64,000 nt of DNA from a virus, in the IMG/VR virus record IMGVR_UViG_3300026488_000011, positions 1-64,000 of that record. One strand, written 5' to 3'. Numbering within the stretch: the stretch's first letter is position 1; every line of letters starts with the position of its first letter. The notes beneath the pieces are model-generated. The model made no database searches. It saw only the letters and a list, made by a program, of their open reading frames with translations, and was not told where the DNA came from. The translations under genes and the position numbers were made by a program. Below are positions 50,104 to 58,773 of the stretch, piece by piece.

Positions 50104-51921
50104 TTAAGATCCGTATCCGAACATTCCCATTCCTGGCATTGCGAATTGTGGTCCTTGTGGTCCTGCGTATCCAAAGTTAACTCCACCAACTTTAGCTCCA
50201 GCGTAAGCTGCTGCAACTGCTTGAAGATTACTGTAGCTAGTAAACTCTATCTTACCAATATCTGCTCTTGGATTTAATCCAGCTGCGATTGCTGCTTCTA
50301 CTAGTTCTTTATAGAATGCTCCGTTTAGAGTCACTCTCACTGCCTTACCTGTAATTACCGCGTTTGGAATCAATGCGTTTATTACTTCTAATTTTAGTAG
50401 GTAAGGATCTTTCCCAGTGATGTGCGCAGGAGCATTACTATCGATCCATTTAAGCACTAAATCCATATCTTTAGCATGTTCTAAGACATATGCTAAATCC
50501 ACTTCTCGGATGTCTCTCTTAGTACCAGTGTTATCGATCCATTCTCCTACTGGCACCACAATAGTAGAGGCAGCTACTTGTCTGTTAGCGAATGCGTGTC
50601 CAGTTAGTGATTCAGCGATAGCAATAATTTCTTCATTAGCAGCTTCTGCTGCTCCTGGTACTGCTAGTGCTGCAAATGGTGCTTCGATACCGAAATTCGG
50701 ACCATAATATTCTACTTCCACAGCGAATGCTTTTTCAAACTCCACTGCGTTAGCTAAGAAATTGAGTACTTCATTTTCGTTCAATTTACCGTCTTTGAGT
50801 TTGATCTTTTTACCGAATTGCGCATTAGGTGTTTTAGGATCAACTACTGTTTTAGTTAACACATTGAGTACACCTAAATCTCTAGGCACGTTCATTAATA
50901 GTTGATAATGCATGCTTTGGTTGTTAAAGATGCTGCTATTAATAATGTTTAATAGTATCATTTCAGCTGTAGGTCTGAACGCATGAAATTCGTTCAATAT
51001 TACTAGAGGCATTATCATTGTTCTAGGAGGCTGCCCAGGTATATTAGCAATCATATCTGGCAAATACTCTAGATAACCTACCTCAGTAGTCTGAGGTTTT
51101 CTTATATTTCCTCCTATTAAACTTTGCGCTCTATTAAATACTGCTACTAGATCTAGTTCAAAATCAGTTCTAATAGGTTTACCGACAGCGTTTTGAAATA
51201 CACCCATATTGAATGTTGTGTCTATAACTAATTGTCCTTGTTTTTGGGCAATTTTACTAGTATATGTTCTCAAGTCCAGGTAATTTAAGACACTGTTTTC
51301 GATGTAAAGTTTTGCTAGATTGTTGTTTAGCGCTACTACTGTAGCCGGAATACCAACTTGTTCTGGATCTTGATCGTGTGGCACTACCAGACCTTCAGTA
51401 GGTCTTAAGTTGTCTTCAGTCGTGCCATACGCATCCATCAACACTCTCTTAATAAGGGATTGTAGATATGTATCTGCAAATGTGTCAGCTGCTACATAAA
51501 TTAAACTTGATCTTTTGAATTTAATCTCTTCTAGTATATGTGCGATTTGTACAGGTTTTCTACCTGTCGCTTCTAACAGTATTACGTGGAAGTATACTTT
51601 AGGGCTATTGCTAGCCTGTGTTGCTACTATAACATAACTGTACGGTAGATCTTGGAACTGTGTATCTTTGTCTAACTTAAATAATCTAGTTCTGATCTCT
51701 ACCCCTTTTTTAACTAGAGGTTCTTTAATAGCCGGAACTTCTTTAGCTTTTTCTATAAATTTGTTTAAATATTCGCTACCTGTTCCTGGTACTAGGAACA
51801 TTGTTGCTCCGAAATCATCATCGTCGAAGCTTGCAGTTTGATTAACGTTTTGTTGTTGTTGCTCTTGTGCAACTTTTTCAGTTGTTTGTGTTGTCATTTT
51901 GCTTTCATCTCTTAAAGCCAT
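50104..51921 (-). CDS. chmA: Chimallin, major phage nuclear shell protein (phiKZ gp54-like)
   Basis: Q/T-rich flexible N-terminus; FKLDKD..., NAVGKPIRTDF, RPTAEM, RDLGVLN, VGEWID...KRDIREVD and ITGKAVRVTLN.AF..EL..A..AAGL match chimallin; start set at SD-supported ATG 51921 (605 aa). Confidence 0.85.
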   Translation of the reverse strand: MALRDESKMTTQTTEKVAQEQQQQNVNQTASFDDDDFGATMFLVPGTGSEYLNKFIEKAKEVPAIKEPLVKKGVEIRTRLFKLDKDTQFQDLPYSYVIVATQASNSPKVYFHVILLEATGRKPVQIAHILEEIKFKRSSLIYVAADTFADTYLQSLIKRVLMDAYGTTEDNLRPTEGLVVPHDQDPEQVGIPATVVALNNNLAKLYIENSVLNYLDLRTYTSKIAQKQGQLVIDTTFNMGVFQNAVGKPIRTDFELDLVAVFNRAQSLIGGNIRKPQTTEVGYLEYLPDMIANIPGQPPRTMIMPLVILNEFHAFRPTAEMILLNIINSSIFNNQSMHYQLLMNVPRDLGVLNVLTKTVVDPKTPNAQFGKKIKLKDGKLNENEVLNFLANAVEFEKAFAVEVEYYGPNFGIEAPFAALAVPGAAEAANEEIIAIAESLTGHAFANRQVAASTIVVPVGEWIDNTGTKRDIREVDLAYVLEHAKDMDLVLKWIDSNAPAHITGKDPYLLKLEVINALIPNAVITGKAVRVTLNGAFYKELVEAAIAAGLNPRADIGKIEFTSYSNLQAVAAAYAGAKVGGVNFGYAGPQGPQFAMPGMGMFGYGS

Positions 51922-52147
51922 TTTCTTCTCCTTTTGGTTTTGTTTTTTTTTAAAGGCACTGATCAGTGTCTTATGACACGCAACTGTGTTAGACGCCAAC
52001 TCTTCTACACTTTGCTCAGAGGTAGTTCTGAGCAACTTAATAATATATTGGTTTAATTATTTTGGAATTAAACCAATAGTACCGCTAGGCGGTTCTTCTA
52101 TAGGTCTGAGTCCGAAGACCCAGACCTGATACCTGTTTGGTATCACA
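51922..52147 (-). promoter_or_regulatory. Structured chmA 5' leader with tandem early promoters
   Basis: Promoter motifs at 52148-52158 and 52037-52047; at least six hairpins including a cUUCGg tetraloop. Confidence 0.65.
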
Positions 52148-52228
52148 TAAGTAATATATGATAAAAAAAAGTTGAATTCACATAATATATAAGATTCGTT
52201 GAATAAATTTAATCAGTAAGGGAAAAAG

Positions 52229-53275
52229 ATGTTTTCATTATTCTTCAGTAAGAACAATAATAGTATCAGTATTACTAATTCCAAGTTAGACTGGTTACTC
52301 TTAAAACTAGGATTACAAGTAAGGAGATTAAAGAACTATTATTATAGCAGAAACTTCTATATAGACAGACCAAACATTTTAGTATCCCTACTAGAACATT
52401 TACCTGTAAGGTATGACAGTTCTAAGGAGGAGTTAAGTGATATTGATATATACGACGTACCTATCAATGATTTAGTTTCTATTAAGTCTAAAGGTAGAAT
52501 ACTGGCAAATAATGTATTTGTAAATGTAAGTGAGATATTTGAGATACATAAAGGTGACTGGGTAAATATGGATGAAATCAATTATTTGGATTTCAGTCCT
52601 ATAAAGTGTCTATACCATACTTTGGACAATATAGGACCAATATATCCCAAAGATTATGACTATGCGAGTGAAGTAACTGATTATGCAGTATTCAGTATAG
52701 ACATCACAATACTTTCTCAACAGTTCTTTTTCTGGTTAAACGAACAAGTTGAGAATGATAAAGATACTGATCCTGCTAGATATGTAGCTAGTGTTCTTTT
52801 ACCAAATTTAATAGACTCTATCACAAATATAAGCTTAATTAACAGATTTATTAGGTTAACGGAAGATGTTGAAAATGTAAACGTAATAACGAATATTAAC
52901 GGTATCTATGATTTAAGCAGTAAAATAGATGAAGAGTTGTTAAGGCTACATAAGAAGTTAGATACCAAACCTATGTATTATACAGATTATCTTTATAATA
53001 TCCCGGATATTACCAGTAATATTTTACATACCTTAAGTCTGTCAAATATACCATTCAATAGTCAAAACGAATGGTTAGTTTACTTTACCAGATTTCCTTA
53101 CGTTAACTATTTACTCAGTCTGGATAAATTAAAGACAATGAATAAACCATACATTACCGAACTAAAGAATGAGATTAAACAAATTAGACGTTCGGTATTG
53201 CCTAAGTTAAATGATCATTATGTAATAAAATCAATCCTGGAGACTGAAATCCAGGAAGCTGAAAGGAGATTTTAA
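52229..53275 (+). CDS. Conserved phiKZ-like virion protein
   Basis: 348 aa; FSIDI..L..Q and F...V.LPN-like motifs; coupled to the next gene. Confidence 0.6.
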   Translation: MFSLFFSKNNNSISITNSKLDWLLLKLGLQVRRLKNYYYSRNFYIDRPNILVSLLEHLPVRYDSSKEELSDIDIYDVPINDLVSIKSKGRILANNVFVNVSEIFEIHKGDWVNMDEINYLDFSPIKCLYHTLDNIGPIYPKDYDYASEVTDYAVFSIDITILSQQFFFWLNEQVENDKDTDPARYVASVLLPNLIDSITNISLINRFIRLTEDVENVNVITNINGIYDLSSKIDEELLRLHKKLDTKPMYYTDYLYNIPDITSNILHTLSLSNIPFNSQNEWLVYFTRFPYVNYLLSLDKLKTMNKPYITELKNEIKQIRRSVLPKLNDHYVIKSILETEIQEAERRF

Positions 53276-54081
53276 TGTTAGCTATACAAAAAGCCATACA
53301 AGATATAGAATTTGAAATACCCTCTAAGATACTGGAATTAGCATTTCTATCAGATATTTCTAAAACACATATTTTAAGGCCTACGCTAGAGGAACAAATA
53401 GAGAAGGTTTTAATTAAGCCTAAGGTACTCACAGATTGTAATATTGTAGGAGGAACTACAATTACAATACCTGTAGAACAATGCTACCAGGAACTAGTAC
53501 CGTATAATCCTACCGGTAACTATATGGTAATTTATGTACCACCTGAACTAAGGGATAATAAGGACATATTATCAGCATTATCACTTACGTATAGTTTATA
53601 CACACCTCCTGGTGCGTATGGTATTAATACTAACCCTGGTTTGAAATTGACAGAGAGAGCGTTTAATGCTGTAGATGCTAATGTAGGTGGTTTTGCTACA
53701 TCTAATTTAGAATTAATAGGGCCAAATACTATACTAGTTCATGAAACCATTTACTCCAACATAGGAGGTTATCTGAGAGTTAAGGTAGAAAATGATGATG
53801 AATTAAGAAACCTGAATCCTAGGTATTTCTTACACTTTAGTAAGCTATGCATCTTGGCTACTAAAGGCTATTGCTATAACAAACTTATTATAGGACTAAA
53901 TGAAGGATATGTATACGGCGGTCATGAACTAAATAAGATAACAGAGATAGTGGAAAGTTATTCTGATGCTTGGGAAGAGTATAGAGAGTATCTTAACACT
54001 GTATGGAGAAAACTCTCATTTATGAACGATGATCAAAGTCATTCTAGATTCATAAAGGCTATGATAAATCCTATATTATAA
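53275..54081 (+). CDS. Conserved phiKZ-like virion structural protein
   Basis: AIQKAI.DIEFEIP..IL N-terminus, LIGPNT.LV, LA.K.Y.YN and GG..L..I.EIVESYSDA.E.Y.EYL..VW motifs. Confidence 0.65.
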   Translation: MLAIQKAIQDIEFEIPSKILELAFLSDISKTHILRPTLEEQIEKVLIKPKVLTDCNIVGGTTITIPVEQCYQELVPYNPTGNYMVIYVPPELRDNKDILSALSLTYSLYTPPGAYGINTNPGLKLTERAFNAVDANVGGFATSNLELIGPNTILVHETIYSNIGGYLRVKVENDDELRNLNPRYFLHFSKLCILATKGYCYNKLIIGLNEGYVYGGHELNKITEIVESYSDAWEEYREYLNTVWRKLSFMNDDQSHSRFIKAMINPIL

Positions 54082-54110
54082 AAAGCATTACGAAAAGAAA
54101 AAAAAAGAAT

Positions 54111-54141
54111 ATCCATAGGACAGTTATTCTGTCCTATGGAT
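54111..54141. terminator. Bidirectional terminator
   Basis: ATCCATAGGACAG-TTATT-CTGTCCTATGGAT. Confidence 0.8.
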
Positions 54142-54149
54142 GTCTATCA

Positions 54150-54911
54150 TTAATCTATAGAGAGTTTCCAGTAGTGGTCGAAGTTCAATTTCCTGATAGT
54201 AGGATAATCATAAACCGATTTTGTTACTATATATTGGTTATCCTTATCTGTATATATCAGGATTTCATACCCATCTTCCATATACGGATTGAGGAGCTTG
54301 TATAGCTTTCTATTACTTGTGAGTCTGAATATCTTACCGTTTTCCAATTCTGTATTTTTAGGAATTAGTTCTTGCGGTAATACAATAAATCTCACTGCAG
54401 AAGGATATATAATGCTTTTCACTCCCTCAATCTTGTATCTTTCTAAGTCTTCTATCAGTTCTACCTCTATCTCCGTTATTCTAGTGTCTAGGTTATTTTC
54501 GTTAAAAAGCTCTATGAACTTTTTATATCGAGGATCTTCTTTAGCGGCTTCTATGATTTCCGCCCTGTCTATATCATAACTATCGATACTCACAGGACCT
54601 ATCATCGATTTAAGTTTTCTGTTAACTTCATTAGTTAACTGCACGTTTAAAAATTCTTTTATCTCCATAGGAGCGTCTTTTTTAATTTCAGGTAACAGTC
54701 CCTGGAAATCTATATACTTTCTTAGATCCCAAATAATCTCACCGTCATTATCCTTTTCCAGAGGAAGCATGTTTATGAGCATGAGATTTAACATTTTAGG
54801 ATTGTCATTCTCAAGATGGTCTATTAGTGATAAAGTTCTTGCTTCCATCTTATTATCTAAAAGAATAATTGCATCTGTTTCACTTAGTTCTTTAATCTTT
54901 TTAAAATTCAT
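54150..54911 (-). CDS. Hypothetical protein
   Basis: 253 aa with SD. Confidence 0.75.
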   Translation of the reverse strand: MNFKKIKELSETDAIILLDNKMEARTLSLIDHLENDNPKMLNLMLINMLPLEKDNDGEIIWDLRKYIDFQGLLPEIKKDAPMEIKEFLNVQLTNEVNRKLKSMIGPVSIDSYDIDRAEIIEAAKEDPRYKKFIELFNENNLDTRITEIEVELIEDLERYKIEGVKSIIYPSAVRFIVLPQELIPKNTELENGKIFRLTSNRKLYKLLNPYMEDGYEILIYTDKDNQYIVTKSVYDYPTIRKLNFDHYWKLSID

Positions 54912-54983
54912 ATCTTCTCCTTTTTTTAGTGTTTATTGTTCATATATATTAGATATGGTTAAATGTGTTTATGAGGGCTAGAC

Positions 54984-55637
54984 CTAACATTCTTTAGGTC
55001 TAACGATAAACTCATACGTCTTTGTTAGGTCATCGAATACAATTTCTAGGATCTCTGTTTCCTCGTCATAGAGTGGAGGGAACTCATTGCCTGGTTTTGG
55101 TTTATAATTGCTTCTATCTAATTGAGTTGTTTGCGGTCGTGTTTGCTGTCTTGGTTGTGCAGGCTGTTGAGGCTGTTGATTTTGATATCCCATAGGTGGC
55201 GGCGCAGCAGTAGTTGCACCAGGTCCCATATTCTGGTAAGCAGGTTGCCCTATCGCCACCCCACCTGTACCAACATTAGGTCTCTGATATCCCATTGGTG
55301 CCGGTGCGATGGTAGGGCCCATAGGATTCATGGTTGGAGGCAAACCTCCTCCTTGAAACATTGGTCTAGGGCTTTGACCTGGATACATTGGTTGTTGGTA
55401 TCCTTGTTGTTGTGGATATTGAGGTGGATACATGGGTTGCTGATATCCTTGCTGGGGCATCGGTTGTCCCATAGGCGGCGGCTGCATTCCCATATTTACA
55501 GGCTGTCCCGCTGGCTGCTGATAACTTTGTTGTCTATATTGCTGATACGCTCCTGGTTTTGGACCAGGTTGTTGATTAGGGTATTGACCTGGTTGGCCAT
55601 AGCCAGGTTGTCCCCATTGATTTTGGTTGTTCCACAT
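54984..55637 (-). CDS. Q/P/G/Y-rich low-complexity protein with a small C-terminal domain
   Basis: QQGYQQPMYP repeats; AAAGGAG SD. Confidence 0.75.
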   Translation of the reverse strand: MWNNQNQWGQPGYGQPGQYPNQQPGPKPGAYQQYRQQSYQQPAGQPVNMGMQPPPMGQPMPQQGYQQPMYPPQYPQQQGYQQPMYPGQSPRPMFQGGGLPPTMNPMGPTIAPAPMGYQRPNVGTGGVAIGQPAYQNMGPGATTAAPPPMGYQNQQPQQPAQPRQQTRPQTTQLDRSNYKPKPGNEFPPLYDEETEILEIVFDDLTKTYEFIVRPKEC

Positions 55638-55711
55638 ATTTTCTCCTTTGTTTAGTTTATCTTTTCCGGAAAAGATGCTAGGATGGTTCCTAGCACCTAA
55701 ATAATGTATAT

Positions 55712-56230
55712 CTACTTTTTATTAGAATTTAAGGTTTTTAGTATTGTTTCGATCTTTTTAATGTCAAAATCTACTACACCCGCCCCCACTAAGTCTTTTA
55801 AAAACTTAACAGATTCTTCTACGAATACCTTTTCTTTATCAGAAAGACCTTTGATGGTTTTCTCAATATCTTCTTTAGTTAGGTCCTTAAATGGTTCTAC
55901 CATCGCCATTATACCTGATAACACATTATTCCTGAATATCTCGTTAGTAATATTCTTTTCTAAAGAACCTGCTGATCTAGTTATGGTGTTTTCTACTAAC
56001 AACTCAACCTGTTCTGGATCGTTAGGATCTGTAAGATCATTTAACGCCACATCTGTAGCGACATACACAGCATCTTTTCCGCCTAATATATCGTCTAGTC
56101 TAGTATCCTTTATCACTGCACCAGAGTAGATTATTTTATCGTCTACATCGTTTATATCTAGGGTAGCAACCTTTACGTCCCCACCTTTTCTGTATATTAG
56201 CATTACTGCTTTATTGTTTGCTTCATTCAT
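55712..56230 (-). CDS. Hypothetical early protein
   Basis: 172 aa; SD and promoter at 56264-56274. Confidence 0.75.
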   Translation of the reverse strand: MNEANNKAVMLIYRKGGDVKVATLDINDVDDKIIYSGAVIKDTRLDDILGGKDAVYVATDVALNDLTDPNDPEQVELLVENTITRSAGSLEKNITNEIFRNNVLSGIMAMVEPFKDLTKEDIEKTIKGLSDKEKVFVEESVKFLKDLVGAGVVDFDIKKIETILKTLNSNKK

Positions 56231-56263
56231 GTTTTCTCCTTTACTTAGTTTAGATTTGTCCTA

Positions 56264-56274
56264 TTAGTAATATA
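56264..56274 (-). promoter_or_regulatory. Putative early promoter TATATTACTAA
   Basis: Recurrent motif directly after the portal terminator. Confidence 0.65.
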
Positions 56275-56281
56275 TAAGCAT

Positions 56282-56311
56282 ATACTAGACCAGGTTAATC
56301 TGGTCTAGTAT
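56282..56311 (-). terminator. Terminator after the portal gene
   Basis: ATACTAGACCAG-GTTAAT-CTGGTCTAGTAT. Confidence 0.75.
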
Positions 56312-56312
56312 G

Positions 56313-58727
56313 CTATATTTCAGGTTCCTCTATCGTATTAGTTTCTTCAGGTTCTTCATCATTACCAAGCTCTGTTTCTCCATTACCCTCAGTTATAGGT
56401 TCTTCTTCATCTTCTTCGTTCTCTATTTTCTCTAGTTTTTTCTCGATTTTCTTTTCTTTCTTTTTCATAGATTTTAGGAATGGCATAACTACCTTTTCTA
56501 GTACTTCTATGTAACTTTCATATTCTTCCAATATGTTTAATGCAGGTTTACCATCATCAGTAAGACTAAATAGACTGGCTATGTCTTCCATGTAACCGTT
56601 TTCACTAATCCATTTCTTAATTAGGATTACTTTAATTACATTTTTAATGTTCTCTACCTTATCGCTAAATTCTCCTAACAGTTCATCAGGTATTACCTCA
56701 CTATTAAACATAGTCTCTAAGATAGAATCTAAACTGTCTACATATGCTTCAAATGTTTCTTTAAGGTTGTCGTTGTCTTGTGATTCTGGTTTAGGTAGAT
56801 TCACTCTCATTGATTTAAGTATTTGCCTATAGACGTGTTCTGCTAGTTCCGTATCTGATAAATGTTTTAACACTGATATTTCTTCTTTATAGGCAGTCTT
56901 AGTTAATTGTTTCCTTATAGAAGAAATACTCTTGAGTATTACATCCATTAACTTTCTCTTTAGTAATCCATCTACAGTGCATTGCTTTCTGATGTTTCTA
57001 CTGGCCTGATCGTTAAATATTTCTTGGTACTTGCTAACTCTTTTGGCAAACAACACGTTATTATTTCTAACAGTCGTAGCAAAATCAGGACTATATGCAT
57101 TATCAATCATTTCCGGAGTGAGTCCTAAGGTTAATGTAATGTGTTTATCTACTTGTTCTTTTAAATCATCGTTAACAGGATTTACATCGAAAGTCTTTTC
57201 GTTTATGTCTATATCTACGTCCGGTAAACCTGGGTGTTTAAAGTTAAAACTAAAACCTATCTTATGCACCCAATCTACTAAGTCATCGACTTTCAATATC
57301 CCTATAGGCAGGTTTACTTGTCTATTCTTTAAGACTTCTGTCATTATCTTTTCCATGGTCTTTTCATAATCTACGTCATCATCATCCAGTTTAGCATTTA
57401 CCTCTGTAATAGGAATAGACGACTTAATAAAACTTAACAAACTAACAAACACTATTATTGCTCTAAAACTAGCTAGTACTGTAATTCTTTCTAATAAAGA
57501 TTTTCCAGTACCGTTCTCTCTATAATCAAATGCATAATACGATAATAAGTTTTCAGGAACAAATAATAATTTTGTTTTCTTCCCGGTCAGGATTCTATTT
57601 AGTAGTATGTCTATTAGTTCAGATCTGTCTTCTAAACTTAGTTTAGCTACTCTACCCAATTTACTGTCTTGTATTACTGACTTGAGTTTTTCTATTACTA
57701 ACTCTTCCCTTAATTGGTCTATATTTTCTAGTGTAGGAGCTCTGCTTACTTTGTCCTTGACTAGCTTCTTAGCTCTTCCTAATATATCGTCTATCATAGA
57801 TTTATTATCTTTATGATAGTCTGTTAATTCGGTATCGAAAGCACTAGTGATTTGATTACCAGATTCGTCTAATAAGACAAAATACCCAAAGTGTTTACTA
57901 GGGTCATTTTTGCTAGTAATAGGAATGATTGAATTAGTATCTATTTTTTTAACGAGCGGCATTCCGTGGTTATTACCATAATCGTTTAACATAGTGATAG
58001 GTTCTTCTTCTCTTCTTAACGCACCAGAAGTTATATTCACTTCCTCAAAACCTAATGCAACTCCTGTTAGTTTGCTTTCTATCTCTAATTCCAATGCTTC
58101 CTCATAGGCTTCTTCTGCTAATAATAAAGCAGGATTGTCACTTACTTCTAATAACGCATTTCTGCCTTCTTTTACCAGTGCTTTGTAACCAATAATATCT
58201 ATACTAGTTTTAGCCATGGTATCCATGACGTGCTCTATATTCTCGAAACCTATTCCTATTGATTTCTTGTTAGCAGATATAAAGCTGTCAGGGATTATAA
58301 TTTCCCCGTATGAACCTTTTGTAAAGAGTGCTTCTTCGATAATCTTAGGTATCTTTTTGGTAAATTCATATTCTTTCTTAATATGGTTTCTTAAGATATC
58401 TGTAACTAATAATCTAACATCTGACGGTAAATTCAGATCTTCAAATTTTATGTTAAAATTAATTGTTAATAGGTCGTTTGGAGATATAATACTAGATACC
58501 AAAATTTCTTTCGCCAATTCTAGATCTGGAAAAATATCTAAGATATCTTTATTTACTTCTGATGTATTTTTATTATGTTTATAAATTCTAAACAAATCAG
58601 AGTAGGTAACGCTTGTCGGTTTTTCTTTTATATTTCTTTTAGCTAAATTTTTTTCTAATTCCTTTACAATTGGATCTTCTGCTGGATCAACTGTGTTTAC
58701 TTTTATTTTTTTTGTTTGTTTGCTCAT
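56313..58727 (-). CDS. Portal protein (phiKZ gp129-like)
   Basis: FPDLELAKEILVSSIISPND, YAFDYRENGTGKSLL, LGLTPEMID and FATTV..NN motifs; divergent from the gp128-like gene. Confidence 0.8.
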   Translation of the reverse strand: MSKQTKKIKVNTVDPAEDPIVKELEKNLAKRNIKEKPTSVTYSDLFRIYKHNKNTSEVNKDILDIFPDLELAKEILVSSIISPNDLLTINFNIKFEDLNLPSDVRLLVTDILRNHIKKEYEFTKKIPKIIEEALFTKGSYGEIIIPDSFISANKKSIGIGFENIEHVMDTMAKTSIDIIGYKALVKEGRNALLEVSDNPALLLAEEAYEEALELEIESKLTGVALGFEEVNITSGALRREEEPITMLNDYGNNHGMPLVKKIDTNSIIPITSKNDPSKHFGYFVLLDESGNQITSAFDTELTDYHKDNKSMIDDILGRAKKLVKDKVSRAPTLENIDQLREELVIEKLKSVIQDSKLGRVAKLSLEDRSELIDILLNRILTGKKTKLLFVPENLLSYYAFDYRENGTGKSLLERITVLASFRAIIVFVSLLSFIKSSIPITEVNAKLDDDDVDYEKTMEKIMTEVLKNRQVNLPIGILKVDDLVDWVHKIGFSFNFKHPGLPDVDIDINEKTFDVNPVNDDLKEQVDKHITLTLGLTPEMIDNAYSPDFATTVRNNNVLFAKRVSKYQEIFNDQASRNIRKQCTVDGLLKRKLMDVILKSISSIRKQLTKTAYKEEISVLKHLSDTELAEHVYRQILKSMRVNLPKPESQDNDNLKETFEAYVDSLDSILETMFNSEVIPDELLGEFSDKVENIKNVIKVILIKKWISENGYMEDIASLFSLTDDGKPALNILEEYESYIEVLEKVVMPFLKSMKKKEKKIEKKLEKIENEEDEEEPITEGNGETELGNDEEPEETNTIEEPEI

Positions 58728-58773
58728 AAAGGCTCCTTTTTTTGAATTAAGACTATATAATAAGGAATAAACG

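Noticed and set aside
50104-52035. 643-aa ORF as major capsid protein, and its longer N-terminus
   Set aside because: Motifs match chimallin; the extra 38 codons run through the hairpin-rich leader with no SD, whereas ATG 51921 has AAAAGGAG
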